Shown in pieces: positions 8,521-15,631 of a stretch of DNA of 32,000 bases; the stretch's first letter is position 1; the number at the start of each line of letters is the position of its first letter. Origin of the DNA: Promethearchaeota archaeon (GTDB lineage Archaea; Asgardarchaeota; Lokiarchaeia; Sigyniarchaeales; Promethearchaeaceae). A program made the position numbers and the translations under genes. A model generated the notes under the pieces. That model saw only the letters and a program-made list of their open reading frames with translations. It did no database searches and was not told where the DNA came from. Where the stretch lies: assembly GCA_016933055.1 (NCBI GenBank), contig JAFGBS010000028.1:180001-212000 (forward strand). The letters are read 5' to 3'.

Positions 8521-9213
8521 ATGCCAAAAAACGCGAAAGCTCAAGAGAAATTGGAAAACATAATTATTTCTTTACGGGACGGTCTTAGTGAATTCGCTTC
8601 TCTAATAGAAGATATAAATAAATCCAGTTCTATGTTGCTGAAATTGTTCAGTAAAACCGAAAAAGAACTCAAAAGCATAAAATTGGACCGAGGGACCCAT
8701 GCTGTAACATCAACAGCAACACCAGCTGCACCTATTGTTGGAATTAAATCTGGACAAGATGCTCGCGAAAAAGCCGCTAATTTATTGTTTAACATGCTAT
8801 CAGGAGGAACAAGTGGAGCAGAATCACCGGCAACTTCAACGGTTTCTGCACATCCTTCAAGCCCCCCCTTAAGATCGGGGCCTCCTAGCTCATCATCGGG
8901 TCCTCCGGGTAGACCCCCCTCAGCACCCCCAAGTGCTCCTGCAAAATCTCCTTCTGGATTACCCCCTCCTCCAAAATTACCTCCTAAAGCTCCAGGGATA
9001 CCAACACCGGGTGTATCAACTCAGCCTTCATTTATGAAAGCTCCTCCTGGAATGAGTCCACCTCCCTCAAAACCTGGAGCACCTATGACCGCAGGATCTC
9101 CTCCCGCAGCTCCAGTAGCAGCTGGAGGTGGAGGTGGAGCTGGATTATCCTCTTTACGAGATGAAATGTTAAAAGAATTAGATCGTCTTAAGAAAATCAT
9201 GAAAGGCGGCTAA
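8521..9213 (+). CDS. Coiled-coil / proline-rich protein with a C-terminal amphipathic helix (WH2-, VASP- or MIM1-like)
   Basis: N-terminal heptad-like helix, a long Pro/Ser/Ala/Gly linker (LPPPP and multiple PxxP), a Gly5 hinge, then LSSLRDEMLKELDRLKKIMKGG. Confidence 0.8.
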   Translation: MPKNAKAQEKLENIIISLRDGLSEFASLIEDINKSSSMLLKLFSKTEKELKSIKLDRGTHAVTSTATPAAPIVGIKSGQDAREKAANLLFNMLSGGTSGAESPATSTVSAHPSSPPLRSGPPSSSSGPPGRPPSAPPSAPAKSPSGLPPPPKLPPKAPGIPTPGVSTQPSFMKAPPGMSPPPSKPGAPMTAGSPPAAPVAAGGGGGAGLSSLRDEMLKELDRLKKIMKGG

Positions 9214-9240
9214 AGAATCCTAATTTTTTTTAAATTCTTT
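9214..9240 (+). terminator. Possible archaeal oligo-T terminator
   Basis: T8 run (9224-9231) just after the stop, flanked by AAAGAAT/ATTCTTT. Confidence 0.35.
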
Positions 9241-9446
9241 ATCTTTTATCTATAGAGTTAAACCACAAGAATTCGTTATTTAGGCGTGTAATTATATGTT
9301 TTGAATACTAAAAAGTAATTTGAGTCAAATTTGTCTTTCATTTAGATAGATTTGTATTAAGGTTTGACTAATTCTCGTTTATCTATATTTAGATTTTTCA
9401 TTATTAAAAGGTGAATATTTTATAATCTTGTGCCTAAGCATAAGAT

Positions 9447-10064
9447 ATGGTAGAATTCGAAAATGAGGAATTCATATTTCGTATGATTTTAATTGGCATC
9501 TATTCGATTTTTACCATAATAAGAATTCGATATAGACGAATCGCGAAAAACAACGGTGTTATTAAGGAAAAAGATAATGCTACCCAAAAATTGCTGTTTG
9601 CCATGATGGCTTATGAGGTTTTGACTTTTATTGCTTTTGTGTTTTTGTACAATTGGATTCCATGGGAAATAGCTCATATTCCCTTTCCTTTATGGCTCAG
9701 ATGGATGGGATTACCATTAGGTCTAGGCGCTATCGTGTATTTTATCATAGTCCATGAAGCTTTGGGAAAGAATTTCTCTCCTAAGCTGCGTATCAAAAAG
9801 GAACAAACACTCATTACTCATGGTCCTTACAAACACATACGTCATCCAATGTATGTAGCGTTTTTTCTCCTTCATCTAGCAGTATTTTTCATCGTAGCGA
9901 ATTGGATCATTGGGATTTCATGGAATATTTTTTTGTTCACAATTATTGCTATTCGTGTAAAACCTGAAGAAAAACTAATGATCGAGCGTTTTGGTAAGGA
10001 ATATGAAGAATACATAGAAAGAACAAGAAGATTTTTACCCATAAAGAAGAAAACAAGAATCTGA
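9447..10064 (+). CDS. Isoprenylcysteine carboxylmethyltransferase (ICMT/Ste14/PEMT)-family membrane methyltransferase
   Basis: Five or six transmembrane segments, LITHGPYKHIRHPMY, EEKLMIERFGKEYEEY, RRFLP. Confidence 0.9.
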   Translation: MVEFENEEFIFRMILIGIYSIFTIIRIRYRRIAKNNGVIKEKDNATQKLLFAMMAYEVLTFIAFVFLYNWIPWEIAHIPFPLWLRWMGLPLGLGAIVYFIIVHEALGKNFSPKLRIKKEQTLITHGPYKHIRHPMYVAFFLLHLAVFFIVANWIIGISWNIFLFTIIAIRVKPEEKLMIERFGKEYEEYIERTRRFLPIKKKTRI

Positions 10065-10085
10065 GCATATACGCATTTCTAGTGA

Positions 10086-12176
10086 TTAGAATTCATCAGG
10101 TATAGGAATGCTCTCTATGAGAGACTTATCAATTTGTAACATGTTTCCTTTATTTTTAGCATAGTAATTAATCCATTTAGCCACTTCAGAAGATTCTAAA
10201 TACTCATGTAAAGCTCTTAAATCAATTTTGTATTTTGGTTGTAAAATATTACATGATAAATCCGTGACAAATGGTTTCTCCGTATATATGAAACGTGGTT
10301 TAATTGTCCGTCGAATAATCAAAATTCTTGCATGAGTGAATAATTCTTTTTGACGCGGCCAATGTAACTCAAACCAGTGCCTTTTTCCTATTTTAGTTTC
10401 CCTACGTTGTTCCATAATAGATTTGAAAGGCTTTAAATGTCGAATCAAATTTGGATACAAAGATTCTTGGAATGCGATATTGTTCATGTAAATTATATAA
10501 TTTTTTACAGGAAGGGGATCAAAATTGAGATATTTGCTTTGGTGCAAGTCACGGACATAAAAAAACGGTAATATGCATTCCCGTTCTTTTTCAGTTAACT
10601 CAATTTGATTTAAGAAGTCTTTCGATACAATAAAAACCCCATTATTTATTGAGATATCTGAATTCGAACGTAATTTCTTATGTTTTTTTCGAATACGGTC
10701 GGGCCCTGCAATTACGCCTTGTCGCACTATTGAGATATCCCCCAACGTACGTTTGTAAAATTTTAAATTTTTGAAATCTGGTTCTGGGCGAAATTTAATC
10801 ATATAATCATGTTCTTGGAGAAATACATTGGAATAGCTAATTATATCCGTTCTGTTTGATGGGATATTATGATAAATTAGTTCCTTCTTAGTAAAGTCCT
10901 TGATGGAGCCCATAGTTATTGTAAAAATACAGCTATGAAATCCTGGGGCTTTATGAAATAAAGATTGATTTTCAAAATCATAAAATTCCATGCGATTTGA
11001 GTATGTTTTAATATATTTTCGTATAAAGATGGCACTTTTCGTATGTAAAAAATAGTTGGGTGTGATAAAACATAGTATTCCGCTAGGTTTTATATGTTCG
11101 AAAGCAAATCCAAGAAAATGAAGATAATAATCTAACCGTGGCTTGTAAAATATCGAATTTTTCTCAGGTATCATTTGATCGAAGTAATGTTTATTTGATT
11201 TTTCCGATAAATAAGGGGGATTAGAGATGATTATATCAAATTTTTCGGTTAGAAGGGATTTTAAGGTAAAGGAATTTCCTATTTCGCATTTGTTGGTCAG
11301 CATTCGAACAAATTTTTGGAGTTGATTTGAATTTGGATTACTTTTAAGAAACCAAAGAAGCACTCGAATACGAAGAATGTAAGTTGCTAAAGGATCTGTA
11401 TCTACAGTTCTCAAGTTTTTTTTAACAATATTATACTTTAAATTAATGGGAGGGCGATTAGAATCATTCTTTTTAAAATACTCAAATAACATCTCACAGA
11501 AATTGCTGGTAAATACTCCCGTTCCCGCACATAAATCCAAAACTGTTGAATTAGCAGAGATAGATTTTTGTTCCACAGCTCTTTCAACCATAAATCGCGC
11601 AATATCATTTGGAGTAGAATATTTTCCAAACAAATGAGAATGAGTTGTCTGCAAATTTCTTTTTACATATTTTTGAAATTGCGAGAAAGTATTACATTTA
11701 TTAAATGCTTCAGATACAGATGTTTTTGGTAATATTAGGAGGTAATTTAAGAGTTCATCAAACAAGAACGAAAAAAATTGGGAAAAATCTCTCTCTATAA
11801 AACTTCCGTCGACTCTCTCACATTGGTTATTTTTCATTTCAAATAAAGAAGTGGAAAAAATCTTATTGTTCCTAATAGTATTACAATTTACCTTAAAGGG
11901 TGTAAATATGGATTGTAGCAGTTCAATATTTATATCCATGTTACTAACGTAGGATTGAAAAAAAATGTTCAATATTTTAATAGATGAAAGGACTGATTTT
12001 ATAGAAATATCAGGATTGACTATTTTATACATCTGAAATAGGTCATTAAACTTGTCAATTTCGTTTTTGATATCAATTTGAGAATATAAAGAACTTATTA
12101 AATTCCACTGATTTGAGATGATTTTTTCAAATAGTGAAGTATTTTGAGTTTTAAAGTCGAGTTTTTGGATGGGCAT
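10086..12176 (-). CDS. N6-adenine DNA methyltransferase (Eco57I/TaqI-like, with C-terminal specificity domain)
   Basis: Motif X GKYSTP, motif I VLDLCAGTG, motif IV IISNPPY, DYYLHF, FITPNYFL, and TaqI-C-like WFELHWPR. Confidence 0.9.
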   Translation of the reverse strand: MPIQKLDFKTQNTSLFEKIISNQWNLISSLYSQIDIKNEIDKFNDLFQMYKIVNPDISIKSVLSSIKILNIFFQSYVSNMDINIELLQSIFTPFKVNCNTIRNNKIFSTSLFEMKNNQCERVDGSFIERDFSQFFSFLFDELLNYLLILPKTSVSEAFNKCNTFSQFQKYVKRNLQTTHSHLFGKYSTPNDIARFMVERAVEQKSISANSTVLDLCAGTGVFTSNFCEMLFEYFKKNDSNRPPINLKYNIVKKNLRTVDTDPLATYILRIRVLLWFLKSNPNSNQLQKFVRMLTNKCEIGNSFTLKSLLTEKFDIIISNPPYLSEKSNKHYFDQMIPEKNSIFYKPRLDYYLHFLGFAFEHIKPSGILCFITPNYFLHTKSAIFIRKYIKTYSNRMEFYDFENQSLFHKAPGFHSCIFTITMGSIKDFTKKELIYHNIPSNRTDIISYSNVFLQEHDYMIKFRPEPDFKNLKFYKRTLGDISIVRQGVIAGPDRIRKKHKKLRSNSDISINNGVFIVSKDFLNQIELTEKERECILPFFYVRDLHQSKYLNFDPLPVKNYIIYMNNIAFQESLYPNLIRHLKPFKSIMEQRRETKIGKRHWFELHWPRQKELFTHARILIIRRTIKPRFIYTEKPFVTDLSCNILQPKYKIDLRALHEYLESSEVAKWINYYAKNKGNMLQIDKSLIESIPIPDEF

Positions 12177-12304
12177 AGGATCAATAGCAATAATTTAATA
12201 AGATTAGATTAGCAATAGATAATTGATAATTAGTGGTTTGAATAAGGTTTAAAATTATTCTACCCTACTAAAAAACATAATAAAAAAACGAGTTGCTGAA
12301 AAAA

Positions 12305-12571
12305 ATGGCCAAGAAAGAATTGTTCATCAAAAGAGTGTATGAAATCGTTAATGAACTTAAGATTCCCTTAATTGACGAACGCGTTTATCATAAAGTCGAC
12401 CTTAATGAAGCGAGAGTAACCACCAACGTAAGTTTCCGATTCGAAGAGGATGAAAGTGTTATTCGAGGATTCCTCGGTCTGGCAGAATATTTCCATACTG
12501 TAGTTATCAAGCGAAAAGAACGGTTTTACATCCCTAATGGTGCAACCCTATTCAAATTAGAGAGCTCCTAA
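12305..12571 (+). CDS. Small hypothetical protein (88 aa)
   Basis: MAKKELFIKRVYEIV...GFLGLAEYFHTVVIK. Globular composition. ATG at 12305 is preferred over TTG at 12293. Confidence 0.7.
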   Translation: MAKKELFIKRVYEIVNELKIPLIDERVYHKVDLNEARVTTNVSFRFEEDESVIRGFLGLAEYFHTVVIKRKERFYIPNGATLFKLESS

Positions 12572-12780
12572 ACCGAGTTATTCTCAGTGTTATAGGGTAG
12601 ATATTTTATCTTCTTATTATTTTTTGTTCAGTGCATTTTTGAACTCGTAGATTCTTTAAAAAATCTTATTTTTATTTTTGCGGAAGATAGACACATTTCT
12701 ATCATTTTTATTATATATATCGAAATCCCCTTTTTTGTCTTAATCCGTAGTTTTTAATGTTCTCTCCCTAGTAATTCCTC

Positions 12781-13380
12781 ATGGACTCATATGATCTATT
12801 ACCCGATGCACCAATTCCTTCAAATGGGGGGGAAATCTCTAAAAAATTCCTTGAATTGGGCATTACAAGTTTAAAAAATGCGATTTTGTATGTACACAAT
12901 CTCGAATATGGATATAACGCTGATATGGATAACAAATGGATATTGTTCAAAGAAAAAAAAGGATCATGTACTACTAAACACGGTGTGATTGCTAGTTTAG
13001 CCCAAGAACTCACTATATCAATTCACAAATATGTCGGAGTTTATAAATTCACTGAAAATGTATGTAAAGGTGCAGGATCGATTACGAAGAAATATAACAT
13101 ACCGTATATACCGATGGTACACTGCTTTTTGGGATATTCTGATTACCAATTTGATTTGACCGAAGGCAATTTAAATGGTAAAGAACATTCCATCGAAGAG
13201 TTTATCGAAACTAAACAAGTGAATCCTTTTATTACTAGAAAGGAAGAATATAATTGGTATAAGCAAGTAGTAAGAGCTAAAGTTTTATCTTCTCCAGAAA
13301 TGAAAGGAGTGAGCCAGCGTATAATACTTAAAGCGCGCGAAGAAGCAATAGATTTATTGCATAGAAAGATAAAAAAATAG
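12781..13380 (+). CDS. Hypothetical protein with a possible transglutaminase-like Cys-His-Asp triad
   Basis: GSCTTKH, MVHCFL and FDLT occur in the order expected for a papain/transglutaminase-like triad. Confidence 0.6.
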   Translation: MDSYDLLPDAPIPSNGGEISKKFLELGITSLKNAILYVHNLEYGYNADMDNKWILFKEKKGSCTTKHGVIASLAQELTISIHKYVGVYKFTENVCKGAGSITKKYNIPYIPMVHCFLGYSDYQFDLTEGNLNGKEHSIEEFIETKQVNPFITRKEEYNWYKQVVRAKVLSSPEMKGVSQRIILKAREEAIDLLHRKIKK

Positions 13381-13395
13381 GGCGCATTTTTCTTT

Positions 13396-13962
13396 CTATT
13401 TCAGGCTAAGAAAATCCACCATTTTTTGTAACGCTTGAATTCTGTGCGATAATCTATTTTTGTGATCCATCGAAATTTCAGCAAAGGTTTTTTTAAATCC
13501 TTTAGGAATAAAAATCGGATCGTACCCAAAACCTTGTGCTCCTCGGATCGCGTAGGATACAATTCCCTCTACTTCCCCCATAAAGGTATAAATATGACCA
13601 TTATACATTAACGCGATTATACTTCGAAACCATGAAAGACGATTTTGAATTCCCTCCATTAGTTTTAACACACCGGCATTTCCAATCATTTCTTGAACAT
13701 AAGAGGAAAATACTCCTGGAAAATTTTTAAGATGATCGATGAAAAATCCAGAATCTTCCACGAAATAATTTTCTTTTAATTCACTTGAAACGCTATCGAT
13801 TTTATGAATAGCAACATCCTTTAGTGAATAGGATTGAATTTCGATTAACGGAAGATTTTTTTGTAAGACTGTCACCTCTAATCCCGAAGAGTGAATAAAT
13901 GATTCTACTTCTTTAAACTTATGAGAATTGCCGGTTAAGAAAAAAAGGGTAGTGTTAATCAA
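13396..13962 (-). CDS. rdgB: Non-canonical purine NTP pyrophosphatase (RdgB/HAM1, ITPase)
   Basis: TGNSHKFKE, EIQS, EDSG, FPGVFS, GFGYDPIF, KTFAE, KNRLSHR. TTG start with an upstream GGTGA. Confidence 0.95.
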   Translation of the reverse strand: MINTTLFFLTGNSHKFKEVESFIHSSGLEVTVLQKNLPLIEIQSYSLKDVAIHKIDSVSSELKENYFVEDSGFFIDHLKNFPGVFSSYVQEMIGNAGVLKLMEGIQNRLSWFRSIIALMYNGHIYTFMGEVEGIVSYAIRGAQGFGYDPIFIPKGFKKTFAEISMDHKNRLSHRIQALQKMVDFLSLK

Positions 13963-13984
13963 ATTTCACCAAAAATCGATATTT

Positions 13985-14791
13985 TTATTCCGAAGGTGGT
14001 AATTCTTCTTTAGCTGAGGATGAATTTTCTATATCTGGTTGATTTTGCTCTGGTTTTGGTTTGGTACTCGGACGCTTTACAGGAGGACGAATTTTCTTAT
14101 ACTGAGTTCCCCCTCGAGTTAATAATAATATAAAAATAAAAAAAATGACTGCAAATGCACTTAATAATGCGTACCAATATTCAGGTAACCATAAGTAGGA
14201 AATTAGGGCAAATGGTGCTGATATTAAAAGAGTAATTACTAAAAGTGCGAACATATTTACTGGTTGACCCTTAAAGTCTCGAATCATGGGTAAAATTAAT
14301 CCAACAACAATCCAAGTAGAAAATATCCGCAGTAACATCCGTGCGATTATTGAAGTAGATGAGCTGAACACATCAGGCATCCATAAGAAATTTAAGGATA
14401 ATACTGAGGAATTCTGCATATGAGGAAGAATAACATCAATTGGTAGAATTGCTGAAATGATTAACTGAAATATAAAAGCAATCCCCAACCATAATGCTAT
14501 ATCATCAATATCTTTGCGTTTTAAGAATACTAACACTATGTCGCGCAGCATTGCAATGGACCATAATCCGGTTAAAATTACCCACGCTCCAGTTGTGCCC
14601 CAAGGTTCATAATACAAATAGTTTCCGGGCAATGTAACAGAATGCCATATATATGTACTTGGAATAATGGCAGCGATATAGGCAATATTCCCGTATGGTT
14701 CCCCCCTTCTAAACGCGTCATAAAATAGAAAAACTAAAAATAGAGCACATAAAGAAAAAAAAGTAATCCACTGTCCTACATTTAATGGCAT
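13985..14791 (-). CDS. Hypothetical multi-pass membrane protein with a charged, Pro-rich C-terminal tail
   Basis: 268-aa ORF with about seven hydrophobic segments. It is 22 bp upstream of rdgB on the same strand. Confidence 0.8.
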   Translation of the reverse strand: MPLNVGQWITFFSLCALFLVFLFYDAFRRGEPYGNIAYIAAIIPSTYIWHSVTLPGNYLYYEPWGTTGAWVILTGLWSIAMLRDIVLVFLKRKDIDDIALWLGIAFIFQLIISAILPIDVILPHMQNSSVLSLNFLWMPDVFSSSTSIIARMLLRIFSTWIVVGLILPMIRDFKGQPVNMFALLVITLLISAPFALISYLWLPEYWYALLSAFAVIFFIFILLLTRGGTQYKKIRPPVKRPSTKPKPEQNQPDIENSSSAKEELPPSE

Positions 14792-14958
14792 TTGAATTCA
14801 CAAAACTTATTTATATTCATAATTAGAAAACCCAATAAAAAATCCTTTGTGGTTCAGATTTTATGAATAATAATAGAGCTTCATTTTACTTTTATTTTTA
14901 ATATGTCAATAAGGATACTGTTAATAAAACACAGTTAGTAATCACTTGATTAAGAGGT

Positions 14959-14970
14959 TTGAAGCTTCAA
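14959..14970. promoter_or_regulatory. 12-bp perfect palindrome in a divergent promoter region (candidate operator)
   Basis: TTGAAGCTTCAA lies between the divergent starts at 14791 and about 15028. Confidence 0.3.
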
Positions 14971-15027
14971 GCTTAAATAAAAAGAAAGCAGTAGATATGT
15001 GAATAGAAAAAAAAACGGTGAGTTGCC

Positions 15028-15564
15028 ATAGATATAAAAAAAGAAGCCGTCGGATTACGGATTTTCCTTGGTTCATTAGTCAAAGAATTAATAAAACTTT
15101 GGGGTAGACCCACAGTGAACGCAATCATCTATAGAATCGGTCAAAAACCAGGTGAAATAATCGCAGAGCAGATTCTTGAGAGGTATAACAAAACTGAAGC
15201 CGAACCATTTGATAATCCATCGGCTGCATTTAATCTATTAGAGAATTCGGTTACCCAATTATTTGATGAAGAACAAATCGACTTAATAACCGAAGAGGAT
15301 AAAGTTATCATTAAAATAAAAAATGTATGTCCATTCCGTCACGTTATCATGGGTCGTGAAGATTTCGAATTTGGTGGAACATTATGCCAATTTTCATCGG
15401 GTTACTTTGAATCCGCATTAAAGATGCTTACAGATTATAATGTTGAATATTCTCATGATTTAAAAGAAACTACGGACGAATATTGTATTATTAATATCGT
15501 ATTCCGCAAAAAACCCGAAATGAATGAGACTAAAATGGAAGAATCTAAGGATAAAGACTCATAA
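15028..15564 (+). CDS. V4R / methanogen-output-domain / TRAPP(Bet3)-like fold protein
   Basis: YRIGQKPGEIIAEQIL helix, then CPF, LCQFSSGYFESAL and YCIINIVF (three Cys). The frame is open from 15022 and the first canonical start is GTG 15115, so the true start is uncertain. Confidence 0.7.
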   Translation: MDIKKEAVGLRIFLGSLVKELIKLWGRPTVNAIIYRIGQKPGEIIAEQILERYNKTEAEPFDNPSAAFNLLENSVTQLFDEEQIDLITEEDKVIIKIKNVCPFRHVIMGREDFEFGGTLCQFSSGYFESALKMLTDYNVEYSHDLKETTDEYCIINIVFRKKPEMNETKMEESKDKDS

Positions 15565-15631
15565 ATACCAGCTTACTATGTTTTTATGCTATCCCCTCTT
15601 ATTTCTCATCATTAAAATCGATCGTGGATGA

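Noticed and set aside
8860-9150. GC-rich patch as a horizontally acquired or RNA element
   Set aside because: It is explained by Pro/Ala/Gly codons of the polyproline linker.
7759-10064. Direct ICMT methylation of the neighbouring GTPase
   Set aside because: Neither GTPase nor any adjacent protein has a C-terminal Cys, CaaX or CxC motif.
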